DNA from: Narcine bancroftii
Lineage: Eukaryota
NCBI RefSeq assembly: GCF_036971445.1
Contig: NC_091469.1
Coordinates: 159,340,001-159,404,000, forward strand
Reading direction: 5' to 3'
Length of the DNA: 64,000 bases
The position numbers were made by a program, and so were the translations under genes. The notes beneath the pieces were generated by a model that saw only the letters and a program-made list of their open reading frames with translations, was not told the origin of the DNA and did not search any database. Positions 45,412 to 58,904 of the stretch are shown piece by piece (the first letter of the stretch is position 1; the number at the start of each line of letters is the position of its first letter).

Positions 45412-48400
45412 TGTAATATTACAGGATACTATCACCAATGTATATATTTGTATATATTTACATATATTAGTAGTGATTGGCTGAGAGCCGTAGCCACACC
45501 CACTGGCAGGTCATAAAGGGATGCTTCTACCCAGACCCAGGTCAGTCTGGACTGGACGACCTCGATGTATTGCGCTCCAGTCTTTTGTTAATAATAGCCT
45601 TGGTTTGATTCAAAAAGTCTTTGAGTCATTCGACGCACTACAATTTTATTTGCAAAAGTTTCAACGGATGGAGAGAATGCTGCGAGCAAAATGCCTCAGC
45701 ATCGACCCGCAGTCAGCTACTGCCCAGAGTGATTTCAGGCACTGGGTGAGGTGCTTCGAGGCAAACCTGCAGAGATCAGACCCCATCGTGGCGGAAGACA
45801 CAAATATACTGGTAACCCTGATGTCCGTGGTGTCCACGGTGGCCTACAAAAACATCCAGGATGCCATGAATGTGCTGAGGGGACTCTACGAGTGGCCTGT
45901 GAATAAGGTCTATGCCAAGCATATGCTAGCGACCAGTAGGTAAACCGGTGAGTCCTGCAGAACCTGCCTCCAGGCACTGAGGTTACTGGGTAGAGCTTGT
46001 GCATGCACAAACAAGATGGTGGCCGGAATCGCCGACGACCTCATCCGGGATGTATATGTGGCTGGGGTCCGATCCAATGAAGTGAGGCAACAATTGCTGG
46101 AGTATGGGGGAGACAGCTTGGTGGAGACCATTCAAATTGCTGGATGACTACACACAGGGCTAGGCCCCCCGTTACGATGTGAGTAGAATGCCAGCGTTTA
46201 GCCCAGGCTCCCCACGCCCCGGTGATGGCCTCGCCGCCGCCACCACACTACTCGACGCAGCCCCAAAGTGCTATTTCTGTGAGAGGGAGAAGCATAGTTG
46301 ATCCCTATGCCCTTCAAGGAAGGACCGATGTGCGAGTCCCAATTGCCTTCCCCAAATTCAAATTACTTGTCCTCAGAACTCTCATTCAATGAGAGCGAGG
46401 AATGCATCGCATGGCAACACTTGATGTCATGACACAAGCATCACATGCGGAAAGATCCGCCCCGCAACGCTCCACCCTCGCCACTATGACGCCACGCTCC
46501 ACTCTCGCCGCTGTGATGCTGATCCCCGACATGGCCCCCCCCCACCCAACAGGACCTTCGCGCAAGCAGGCCCCAAATTGCCTACACAGCGACGGCCGGC
46601 GCCTCCACAGCTCGACGACTCTGACCGTGTCCCGGCACAGGAAGACCCCGTCGGCCAGCCTGCACAGCGAGTATTGCCACCTCTGCAGCTTGCCGCTGAC
46701 TCCGGCCGAATGCTACCGTCTCTGCAACTCACCACCGTCAACCCGCCCACGCTGATGAAATCACCGCATGAGCTTAGCACGCACCAGGCCAAGGCCCCAT
46801 GACACTTCACCCCCACTCCAGCGACGCGAGGATACACTGGACGGCCTCGCCAGCGACGAGTGATGTCATCACACCAGCCTCCACCGTCACCAACACAGAC
46901 TGCAGCCCCACTCCCTGTATCAGTTGCTGCATCAGTGACATTAAAACCAGGACCAGCAAAACCCCCCTGCCAAGGCTATGGAAATGATTAAGGTGAACAG
47001 CAAACTGTCTATTTGATTCAGGTTCGAAAGAGATCTTCCTTCACCAGGACCTGGTCCAACAATGCGCGCTAGCAGTACACCCGACAGACCAGAAGATTTC
47101 ACTGGCCACAAAAGCCCACTCAACGGACACCAAGGGGTATTGTGAGGAGATCCTGAAAGTTCAGGGCATCAGATATATTGGTTTTAAGTTACTAATCCTG
47201 TCTCAGCTGTGTGCTCCTGTATTGTTGGGGTTGGATTTTCAATGCCATTTTCAATCGGTGTCACTGCATTACGGGGGTCTTCACGTCCCACTCTCTGTCT
47301 GCCACCACCACTCCACTCTGGATACCTCCTGCCAGTGTCACCCCATGCCAATACCCGCACTCCGACACTCCACTTGCAGCCTCTCCACCCCCCTGGTCGC
47401 TCCTCCAGCACTCTTCACTAACCTCACCCCTGGCTGGAAACCGATCACCACTAAATGTGGCAGTACAGTTTTGGGGACAGGAAATTTATTAAAAGTGAGG
47501 TGTGCAGATGGCTGGACGAGGGCATCGTTGAGCCCAGCGCAAGTCCCAGGAGGGCGCAGGTGGTAGTGGTGAAGAACGGGGAGAAGCTGCGGATGGTGGT
47601 TGACTACAGCCAAACTGTCAACCACTTCACGCTTTTGGATCCTTACCCTCTTCCGCGAATCACGGATGTGATGAATCAGATCACCCAATACCGTGTGTTT
47701 TCCACCATCGATCTCCGGTCAGCCTACCACCAGCTCCCGATCCGCACGGAAGACCGCCCTTTCGCGGCCTTCGAAGTGAACGGGCATTGTATCAATTACT
47801 CAGGATTCCCTTTGGTGTCACAATGGTGTCGCGGTCTTTCAGCGAGAGATGGACCAGATGGTAGACCAGAACGGCCTAACAGCTACATTCCCGAATCTAG
47901 ACAATGTCACCATCTGTGGCCACAATCCGCAGGACCATGACGCCAACCTTGACAAATACTTCCAAACAGCGAAATGGCTGAATCTGACCTATAATTTCGA
48001 GAAGAGTGTCTTCCGGACCACTCGACTCGCAATTCTAGGTTGCGTGGTGGAAATCGGGATGGTAAAGCCAGACCCGACCGCATGCGCCCTCTCATGGACC
48101 TTCCACCGCCCCAAACCCAGAAGACACTCAAACGCTGCCTGGGGCTTTTTCCTACTACACCCAATGGGTCCCACAGTACGCTGACAAGGCATGACCACAG
48201 TCCCAGTCAGCAGAAGTCAGAGCGGCCTTCGACCGCATCAAGTTGGACATCGCCGCAGCCACTCTGCACGCCATAGACGGATCCATACCCTTCCAGGAAG
48301 AGAGTGATGTATCTGGCTTTGCGCCGGCAGCCACCTTAAACCAGGCCGATAGGCCTGTTGCCTTCTTTTCTCGGACCTTCCAGGGCCCAGAAAGCCGACA

Positions 48401-50033
48401 TTCCTCTGTCATTGGAGACACTACCTCATGGCAGGCGCTTTACACTGCTGACCGACCAATGCGTGGCCTCATTTATGTTTAGCAGCAACCATCAGGATAA
48501 GATCAAAAACGACAAGATCGCCAGGTGGAGAATCGAACTCTCTACCTTCAACTACGATATTCTGTACCAGCCTGGCAAACTTAATGACCCGTCCCATGCC
48601 CTTTCCTGTGGGACATGCACCAGTGTACAACTGGACAGGCTGCAGAGACTCCATGAAGAGCTCTGTCACCCAGGGGTCACCAGGTTCGCCCACTCTGTGA
48701 AAACTCACAACCTGCCCCATAAGGTCGAGGAGATCCACTCCATGATCTGAGCCTGCCCAGTATGCGTTGAGTGCAAGCCCAACTTCTTCTGGTCAGAGAG
48801 GACCCATGTCATTAAAGCAACATGGCCCTTCGAATGACTCAGTGTGGACTCCAAGAAGCCCCCACCATCAACGAACCATAATACCTACATCCTCACAGTA
48901 ATCGAGGAGTACACCCGCTTCCCGTTCGGTATTCCCTGTCCGGACATGACCGCCTCCACAGTCATAAACGCTCTGCATGGCATATTAACCATTTTTGGGT
49001 ACCCCAGTTACATCCATAGTGACCGGAGTCCTCGTTCATGAGTGCGGAGCTGTGGCAGTACCTTCTGGAGCACGGTATTGCTTCAAGCAGAACCACTAGC
49101 TACAACCTGCGCAGTAACGGGCAGGTCGAAAGGGAGAATGCCACCATCTGGAAAGTGATCATGCTTTCCCTTCATTCTAAAGGCCTCCCCACCACTCGCT
49201 GGCAGGACGTCTTCCCAAACGCCCAACACTCCATCAGGTCACCAGTGCTACCCTGCACGAACATATGTTCTCGTTCCCACGGAAATCGTAGTCGGGAATG
49301 ACCACACCGGCTTGGCTGATGGTCCCAGGACCTGTCCTACTGAGACATCACATCTGGTACTCGAAAATCGACCACACAGTCGACCGGGTAACACTGTTAA
49401 ACATGAACCCACACTACATTTATATCAAGTACCTGGACAGATGGGAGGACACGGTCTTGGTAAGGGACCCGGCCCAAGCTGGGTCTGATGTTGTCACGTT
49501 CCAGCCCAAACCTCCATCCAATCCTCCCCTAGGTTACGGTGCCAGGACAGCGAGACCAGCAGCTCCTCACAGATGACAATGGCAGCAGTTTGTACCAATC
49601 TACAGCCAACGATGACCATGGACTAGGCAAAACTGTGTGTGAACCCCAGTGATGATACTCCAACAGCTACCCCAATCCCGGCGCCACGGCGATCACGTGG
49701 ACATTCAGGCCTCCCGACTGCTACAACCCATGAACACTGCATGCTATTCCCCCCGCCCTTTTTTAACTCACCCCAGGGGTCAGTTCTTAAAGAAGGGGTG
49801 AATGTAATAGTATAGGATACTCTCACCAATGTATATATTTGTATATATTTACATATATTAGTAGTGATTGGCTGTGAGCTGTAGCCACGCCTACTGGCAG
49901 GTCATAAAGGGCTGCTGCTAACCAGACCCAGGTCAGTCTGGACTAGTCGACCTCGATGTACTACGCTCCAGTCTTTTGCTAATAAAAGCCTTGGTTTGAG
50001 TCAACAAGACTTTGAGTCATTCAACGCGCTACA
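45412..50033 (+). mobile_element. Full-length degraded Gypsy/Ty3 element (LTRs 45412-45642 and 49803-50033)
   Basis: 231-bp TG..CA LTRs, TSD TTGTC/GTGTC and PPT AAGAAGGGGTGAA. Disrupted gag, RT (RMVVDYSQT, FSTIDLRSAYHQ), RNaseH and integrase. Confidence 0.93.
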
Positions 50034-50471
50034 GTGTCCATGTGGGTTTTCCCTGGAGGCTCCAGTTTAACCCCCTCCCCATCTTTCAAAACATACCAAG
50101 AGATGTAGATTAATTGGGTGGCACGGGCTCGTGGGCTGAAAGGGCCTGTAACCGTACTGTATGTCTCAATTTAAAAAAATAGAGTTGTTTGTATCTGGAA
50201 TGAGCTGCCAGAGGATCCTATAGAAATGAGCACGATTGCAACATCCCAAAGACATTTGGTCGGGCAAATGGATGAGAAGGTTCGAAGGATATGGGCCAAA
50301 TGCAGGCAAATGCGACTGGCCCAGAATGCCAGCTGGGTCAGTGTGATTCAGGCTGAAGGGACTGTTCTGTGCTCCCATGACTATTATTTACAAGGTGGAA
50401 ACTTTGGCAGGAATTGACCGTGAAGGCAGAGAGGGTCGACTGATATATTCTGGTGTCTGTTCTTCCCTCAG

Positions 50472-50865
50472 CTCCTGACGGGAATTGCTCAATGGTGAGT
50501 GGGACTGAGGGAGATTCAGTCACCTTACCCTGTGTGTTCAAATGGCCTCTGTCTGACCTCACCCTGCACACGGTCACCTGGATGGTGAAGGATCCCTATC
50601 GGCACATCGTCACATTCAGGCAGAGATCTGGTGGATCGTGGGTGGCAGAAAGCAATATCGAGTTATGAGCTCGTCGGGGACCCCGAACATGGAGATGCCT
50701 CAACCCGGATAAACCAGCTGAGTGTGCGAGAAAGTGGCAGATACCTGTGTCTGGTGGAGTCCAGTAAACCAGCTAATTTCCATTATCCAAAGGGAATTTA
50801 TGGTCCCCTGAAGACCTCGTTTATTCATCTGACCCAATGCGAGGCCCACTTGGTGGTCTCTCCTG
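50472..50865 (+). pseudogene. Ig V-type exon V2b, frameshifted (394 nt vs 396 nt)
   Basis: Splice sites are intact. A net 2-nt loss near 50655-50663 gives ...ESNIEL* (TGA 50666-50668). The rest of the domain lies in ORF 50631..50987. Confidence 0.82.
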
Positions 50866-52937
50866 GTAAGAAACCTTTGTCACTTTCTCCAGTGTGTGGT
50901 GAGGGGGAGGGCGGGGTGGAGAGTCTGTCACAGGCTGGGACACGCCAGGCATTTAGCTGCACCCACGCCCCATATCCAAAATCTTGAGCTGAAGGTCAGA
51001 TCTGTCGTTGCCAGACTTCGACCAACTTCCCGGACTCCGACTAACACACAATTTGTTTCACCTCTTGTCCGGCACCTGCCAATCAACGGCCTCTGTCTGT
51101 CAACCTGATCCACCAATCCCTCAATGGCTCCTGCCCAACCCCTCCCACCTTGACTTGATTATTTAAGATTCCTTTATTGTCATGTAATGTTACAGAACAT
51201 GTAATATTACATGAAATTGCTTTCTGTAAGGCAAAGAGTGGCCATTAGTGTCACATGAAGGGAAGAAGCAATGGAGAGTCCCTTCAGAGTCGCTGAGTGT
51301 CTGTGGATTATCTCCAACCCTCCCGCAGCCTCTGCAGCCACACAGACTCCTGTTCGATCCATCGACAACCCAAGCTCCAGATCCAAACTCCTGACCCAAT
51401 CAGGAAGCCTTCAGCACCCGAGGCCTTTTGGGAGCCCTTCTTGCCCTCAGCACCCTCTCGAATCCAGGTTCCAATATCTTGTTCCAGTCTCCAGCAACCC
51501 ATGCAGGTCCCCCAACCACAAGTTGCCCGCATCCTGTGTGGGTTCCTCAGCCACTGAGCCTCTCACTGGTCCATCCACTGTTCTCTCTCTTCCACGAATG
51601 CTGCTCGACCCATTGAGTTTCCCCAGCAGATTGTTTGTTGCTCTGGATTCAAGCACCCACAGTCTGCTTCCTCACACCACCTTGACCTTGGACCCTCATT
51701 CACTCACACTGACTATGGGAAGGTGTCACAGTTTAGTGGAGCCTTGGCCCCCTAACATGTGTGGACTGGTAACTGTGCAGCAAGGGCCATGGGACTGGCA
51801 GCGATCACGAGGTACACATCTCGCGCAAAGGGTGAGGGAAGGAAAGAGGACTCCATGTAGGGTCTTGGCTCATCTCTCCACCTCCAAGTGAAACAACACT
51901 TCACTTGTGAACCTTCAGAGGTCATAGAACATTACAGAACAGAAACAGGCCCTTCAGCCCTTCCAGTTCCACTAACCTGCACCCAGTCTATATCCCTCCA
52001 TACCTCACCCATCCATGTACCTGCCCAAATAATTCTTAAATTGAGGCCACATTTACCACTACTCATTCAACATTCCACCACCCTCTGTTCCCCCTAAACT
52101 TTTCCCCTTTCACCCTAAAGCCATGTCCTCTCGTATTTCTCTCTCCTAATCTAAGTGGAAAGAGCCTTCTCCCATTTACTCGGACTATACCCTTCATAAT
52201 TTTGTAAACCTTGATTAAATCTCCACTTATTCTTCTTCATTCCAAGGAATAAAATCCAAACCTGTTTAATCTTTCCCTGTAACTCAACTCCTGAAGACTC
52301 AGCAACATCCTAGTAAATCTTTTCTGCACTTTCAATCTTATTGATAGCCTTCCTGTTGCTAGGCAACCAGAACTGCACACAATATTCCAAATTTGGCCTC
52401 ACCAATGTCTTAAATAACTTCAACACAACATCCCAACTCTTATCCTCAATACTTAGATTTATAAAGGCCAGATGCCAAAAGCTTCCTTTACAACCCTGTC
52501 CACATGTGACACCCCCTTCAGGGAACAATGTACCTGTATCCCCAGGTCCCTTTCCTCCTCCACACTGCTCAGTGCCTGATCATTTACAGTGAATGTCCTT
52601 TCTGGATTTGCTCTTCCAAAATTCAACACCTCACACTTGTCTGCATTAAACTCCATCATCCATTTACTGGCCCAGTTTCCCAGCTGGTCCAGATCCTTCT
52701 TCCAGCTTTGAAAACCTTCCTCACTGTCCATAATGCCTCCTATCTTTGAGTCATCGACAAACTTGCTGATCCAATTTACCACGTTATCATCCAGATCATT
52801 GTTATCCCAACACAGATTCCTGAGGCACACCACTCGTCACCGGCCTCCGGTTTGAGAAGCAATGATCCACGGGCACTCGATTTTCTCCCCCACAGACAAT
52901 TTCGAATCCAGTTTACAACCACTCTATGTACACGTAG

Positions 52938-53922
52938 TGTTATGAGCCTAGAGGGCCCCAAAACCCAGCAGCAGTAGAAATTCACCAAGATAATGGTTAC
53001 TTAAATTTCTTTTAAACATAAAAAGAGGGTCAAATTTTAACTTATTCCTATTACCTTAAACCCCTTCTAATTCTAAGTGCACATGTATGTAATGTGTTTG
53101 CATTCAGGAAAGTTCTTTGTTTCAATGTTCAATCATTCTCTTTTCACTTCTCCAAGTTCACCGGTATCAGGCAATTCTCATACTGTGCACAGACCTATAC
53201 ATTTATGAATCTTCACCAGGCTCTGGTGCTTAAAGTTAAATGGTTACTGCTCAGGAATGTTCTCGTTGCTTTCAGAGAGAGATTTGTTGCTCGTTGGACA
53301 CACACGAACAGATTTCCTCTAATCAGTCACTTCAATGTCTTGCTGAAGTAACTGCCACATCATGGATTTTCTAGGTGATAACCTCTTCTTCCAGGTCAGC
53401 ACAGAGTTCCTCTTGTTTCCCTTATTTCATGAAAAACACTCTAGCCAGCCATTTCATCTTGTAAGGTCAACAAGGGTTTTGAACAGGCTGAACTCACAAC
53501 TCACAACCTGTCTTCAAAATAGGGTTTTCAACAAGCTGCCAGCTTGCCATTTTGCAGCCTCAACTGCTACTGTGGAACTGACCTCTCTCTCTCTCACACA
53601 AAAAGAAATCACCTGTTTCTTTATTCTCTCTCTACTGGTAAAAACCATACGACCTCTTCCAGGGCTCCAAACCCAATTGCCGAAAGATCTTATCTGTATC
53701 TCTGAGCCTGGACTTTATCACCCGTACACAATAGATCAGCATCTTCATTGCTTCTGCAAAGTCAACCGGAGCCTCAGCATCCAGCTTCAGCAAAGCTCTT
53801 GCATTTGAAATGAGATGTCTTTTGTGATGTGTTACTGTTTGTGAAGTGACCTACATAAAACCCCCACAATCTCTCTTTTAAACACAATTTTTTTCATTAC
53901 TATTCTAACATATCCCCAAACA
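52938..53922. mobile_element. Probable solo LTR (~985 bp)
   Basis: TGTT...AACA termini with GTAG/CTAG flanks. It interrupts the CR1 RT and is related to 11640-12475. Confidence 0.7.
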
Positions 53923-56900
53923 CTAGTGCCTGAACTGTCTGAACTAACCTCCCTTGTGGAACATTTCCTTCATCTACCTTCTTGGCAACTTACTGAAAAA
54001 AAACTGAACAAGGGGGAGTCACGTGATGGAGTAGTGGCCAGTTGGTTTGAACCAGCCCTCTCCAGAAAAAAAGAATAAAAAATTGGAAAAGACAGAGCTC
54101 AACGAATATAAAACTCAAGAAATAGAAGATAAAGTTACAGAGAAGAACAAGAAGATGGCACCAAAAAAAGAGAAAGTATGATCAATGGGAAAAAAGAAGG
54201 AAAATCATTGGAGAAGAAAGAAGAAGGCCTTACCTGCACGCAGGGGCAGGGAGCTACAGTGGTGAAGAGCAGCTGATCTCTGAGGTTGGTGAGTGCCCTG
54301 CGAAATCGTGACCTCCCGACCGGTGGACTCCAAAACTGGCTTTTTGAGCCAAACAAAAGTGCGCAATCATAGGATAAAGTGAACACCAGCAGGAGGGGGG
54401 GAGGGGGGGCTCAGCTGAGGAGCGGGCAGCTACAACGTGACCAGCTGAGAGAAGCCCGGCATCAGGGCGCTCAGCTGGAGGAACAAAATAACGGCGAGGA
54501 AAAGATCGAGGAGCCGGAAGAGGGAGAACGGTGGCAGGGTGGCTGACAACAAGAGAATCAACAGCAGGAGGCCCAACAGACAGATGGCCCGTGACCAGAG
54601 GCCCAACAGCAAGAGGTCCAGCAAGAAGAGGCTCAACAAAGTGAGACAAGCAACTCATCAGGAAAATCAGAAGAGACACAGATACAAAGAAGAGAAGAAG
54701 AAGACCCAAACACAGGTACAGACACAGAAGAAGAGGAGGAAGAAGACCAAGATCTTCACAGGGAAATAGAAGGTAAAACAGATGGACAGAATATAGATAA
54801 AGTTTTTTTTCGAGAACAAATGAGAGCATTAAAAGAATGGTTGTCATTAGAATTTAGTGCAGTTAAAAGAAAAATGAAAAGAGCATAAGATAAAATGCAA
54901 AGTTTAGAACTGGTCATGACAGAAATAGGGAAAAGCATGTGGAAGAGCGGGAAACGTCTCTAGAAATGGAAGTAAAGAGAAAAATTGGAAGAAAGTGACA
55001 AAAAAGTTAGACACAAAAGTTGTTATCTCAGAAAATTGATATGTTGGAAAATTATAGTAGGAGAAACAACGTAAAAATAGTGGGCCTGAAGGAGGGTGAA
55101 GAAGGCACAGACATGAAGGAATTTATAAAAGGATGGATCCCGAAGGTCCTGGGAACGACAGAAATGCAGGAAGAAATGGAAATAGAAAGGGAACACAGAG
55201 TATTAGCTCCGAAACCACAGACACATCAAAAACCAAGATCCATCTTAGTAACATTTTTAAGATATACAACAAGAGAAAATATACTGGAGCGGGCAAGGAA
55301 TAAAATTAGAGAAGATAATAAGCCATTGGAATATAAGGAACAAAAAATATTTTTTTACCTGGACAAGTTTTGAACTCTTAAAGAAGAGGAAGGAATTTAA
55401 TACGGCGAAAACGATTTTATGGAAGAAAGGCTATAAATTCATGTTAAGACATCCAGCCGTGCTTAAAGTATTTATACCTGGGGAGCAAAACAGGCTGTTC
55501 TCGGATCCGGAGAAAGTGCAAGAATTCACAGAACATTTGCAGGGCAGAAGAAGAGATGAAGAAATGTAACATGAAAGAAGAACGGTGATAAAGTATATAT
55601 AAAGATGTAAAAATATAAAGTAAAAATAATGTATATGTAAAGAACTAAAGATGGAAAAGAGAAGGGAAGGAAGGAAGAAGGGGGAAAAGAGAGAGAGCTT
55701 TGTAATATGTATAAAAAGATAATGTTTTCTTGGGGGGGCTGGGGGGAGAGAATAACCGTCATTGTGAAATCAGTTGATGCTTGCGAGCAAGATCGCAAAC
55801 CAAATGGAAAGGGGAGTTGTGGTTGCCTGGCAAGGGATAAGGGGAAACTCAGAGAGGGGGGGTTCATTTGGGGTCAAGGTGTTATTGGTTGTGGGGATTG
55901 TCAGAGTATTTCATGTTTTAAATGTGTTGTGATACATTGAGTTTAAAAAATGAAAACTAAAAGACAAAAATGGGAAAAAGGGGGATGGAGGTGGTGAGGA
56001 GGAGGAAAAGAGGTGTAAACAAGATATAAGATGGCCATGTTGAACTATATGACTATAAACATTAATGGAATACATAACCAAATTAAAAGGAAGAGGCTAC
56101 TAAATTTACTGAAAAAAAAAAGATATAGCATTTGTGCAAAAAACGCATCTAACTGAAGTGGAACATAACAAACTAAAGAGAGACTGGGTAGGACATGTAA
56201 CAGCAGCATGATATAATTCAAAAGCCAGAGGTGTAGCCATATTAGTTAACAAAAATGTACCAATCAAAATAGAGGAGGAAATAATAGATCCAACAGGGAG
56301 GTATGTAATGATAAAGCGTCAGATATACTCAGAATTTTGGAATTTTCTCAATATATACGCACCTAATGAGGAGGATCACAAGTTTATGCAAGATATTTTT
56401 TTTGAAGAGTGTAGATACACAAGGGAATATATTGATAGGAGGGGACTTTAACCTTAATTTGGACCCAAAGTTGGATAAAACTGGACAAAAGACAAGCAAA
56501 AAGAATAAAGTAGCCAAATTGATGGTTAAATCAATCCAGGAAATGAAACTTATGGATATATGGAGGAGGCAGCACCCAAGGGAGAAGGAATACTCATATT
56601 ATTCGAGTAGGCATAAAACATACTCAAGGATTGATATGTTTTTGTTGTTGGCCCATATTCAAGGGAGAGTTAGAGAGTTAGGAAAACTGAGTATAAAGCT
56701 AGATTACTTTCTGATCATTCACCCCTGTCATTAGTAATAGAACTGGAGGACATCCAACCAAGAACATATAGATGGAGGTTAAACTCCATGCTACTTAAAA
56801 GACAGGATTTTAGAGAGTTTATTGAACACCAAATTAAAACATATTTTGAAATAAACACAGAATTGGTTAAAGATAAATTTATACTATGGGATGCAATGAA

Positions 56901-58141
56901 AACCTTCATTCAAGGGCAGATAATAAGTTATGTAACTAAGATGAAAAAGGAATACAATCAGGAAATAGAGCAGTTGGAAAGGGAGAAAGTATTTACAGAA
57001 AAGGAACTAGTGAAAAGGGACGATATAAAGAAAAAGAGAGAATGGCGGACATAAAAATAAAATACAAAACATTACAAGCGTATAAGGTGGAGAAGAACAT
57101 AATGGAAATAAAGCAAAAGTATTACGAATTGGGGGAAAAAAACATAAAATATTAGCCTGGCAACTTAAAACAGAAGAAGCTAAAAGACCTGTATTGGCAT
57201 CAAGGAAAAAGGACAAACAAATCACATATAACCCAACAGAGATTAATGAAAACTTAAGGAATTTTATGAATAATTATACCAAACTGAGAATGAGGGGAAA
57301 GATGATAAAATAGAAGAGTTTTTAGCTAAAATTGAACTGCCAAAATTGCAAGAGGAGCAAAAAAAAAACTGATAAAACCATTTGAAATAGAGGAAGTAGA
57401 GGATATATTAAAAAAGCTGCCGAACAATAAAACACCAGGAGAGGATGGATTCCCAATAGAATTCTATAAAACATTTAAAGATTTATTAATTCCTCCTCTC
57501 CTGGAAGTAATGAATCAGGTTGAAGAAACACAAAACTTGCCAGACTCATATAAGACAGCAATAATTACAGTAATACCAAAGGAAGGATCCATTAACACCA
57601 GCATCATATAGACCAATACCTCTACTTAGCTCAGATTATAAGATAATAGAGAAATTATTAGCAAACAGATTGGCCGACTGAGTACCAAAAATAGTAAAAC
57701 AAGATCAAACTGGATTTATCAAGAAAAGACGAACAGCAGATAATGTCTGTAAACTTATTCATTAAATTCATGCAGCTCAAGGATTAAAGTAAAAAAACAA
57801 TGGTGGCTGTTGCCTTAGATGCAGAAAAAGTCTTTGACAGGGTAGAGTGGAACTACTTATTTAAAGTATTACAGAAGTTCAATCTGCCAGAAAAATATAT
57901 TAATTGGATTAAAGCATTATATAATGGACCATTGGCAAAGGTAAATGGATATGTATCGAACCAGTTCAAATTAAGTAGATCAACTAGGCAGGGATGTCCA
58001 TTATCGCCCTCATTGTTCACCTTAGCAATAGAACTATTGGCAGATCTGATAAGAATAGAAAATAAAATAAAAGGGATAAAAATAAAGGAGAAGGAGTATA
58101 AAATCAGTTTATTTGCAGATGACATCATAGTATACCTAACA

Positions 58142-58510
58142 CAGTGGTTCTCAACCTTTTACTTTCCACTCACATACAACTTTAAATATTCCCTGCCATA
58201 AGTATTCTGTGATTAGTAAGTGATTGCTTAAGGTGGTCTGTGAGTAGGAAGGGAAGGTTGAGAATCACTGCTCTAGACCCAATTATTACTGAAATATTTT
58301 GTTTGAGAAAATTGTCATTGGTCCATTTCCTTTGGAGATCTGAAACCGTGCACATAACGAGTCAATGAGGGATGATTAAAACAGTGGTTTTCAAACTTTT
58401 TCTTTCCACCCACATACCACCTTAAACAATCCCTTATTAATCACAGAACACTTATGCATAGGGAATACTTAGTGATATGTGAGTGGAAAGTAAAAAGTTG
58501 GGAACTACTG
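58142..58510. mobile_element. Composite hAT (Charlie-like) MITE in L1 ORF2
   Basis: CAGTGGTTCTCAAC...GTTGGGAACTACTG with two internal palindromic modules. Perfect 8-bp TSD ACCTAACA (58134-58141, 58511-58518). Confidence 0.9.
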
Positions 58511-58904
58511 ACCTAACAGAACCAGAGATATCAATAAAATAACTACATAAGAAATTGAAGGAATATTGGAGTATAAGGTTAACACAAATAAAAGTGAAGC
58601 GATGCCAATGAGTGATGCAAATTGTACAGAACTTGAAAAAGAATCACCATTTAAATGGCAAGCACAAGCTATCTGATACCTAGGGATCAGGTTAGATAAT
58701 AACTAAAGCCACTTGTACAAACTAAATTATCAGCCACTAATAAAGAAATTCCAGGAAGGCTTAGAACATTGGAAAAAATTACCGCTAACGTTGTTAGGGA
58801 GGGTGAACTGCATTAAAATAAATGTGCTCCCAAGGATACAATATTTATTTCAAATGTTACCAATTCCCTTAACAGAGAAATTCTTTGTTGAACTAAAGAG
58901 AATA

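Larger units (their letters stand above)
37898..50910 (+). repeat. Tandem intragenic duplication: unit A ~37898-42611, unit B ~42612-50910
   Basis: Both units show the same order: Penelope-like tail, V1 exon, GIY-YIG fragment, CR1, SINE, V2 exon. The junction lies ~90 nt after the 42521 donor. Confidence 0.88.

Noticed and set aside
39355-50865. Rearranging Ig/TCR/IgNAR V segments
   Set aside because: Each V exon includes its G strand and ends in a GT donor. No CACAGTG heptamer/nonamer RSS follows them.
51271-51891. 206-aa Ser/Pro-rich ORF as a stalk/TM exon of the receptor
   Set aside because: No transmembrane segment or convincing splice sites, and it overlaps repeat-like sequence.
54254-54847. 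Hydrophobic 197-aa minus-strand ORF
   Set aside because: Antisense shadow of the purine-rich L1 ORF1.
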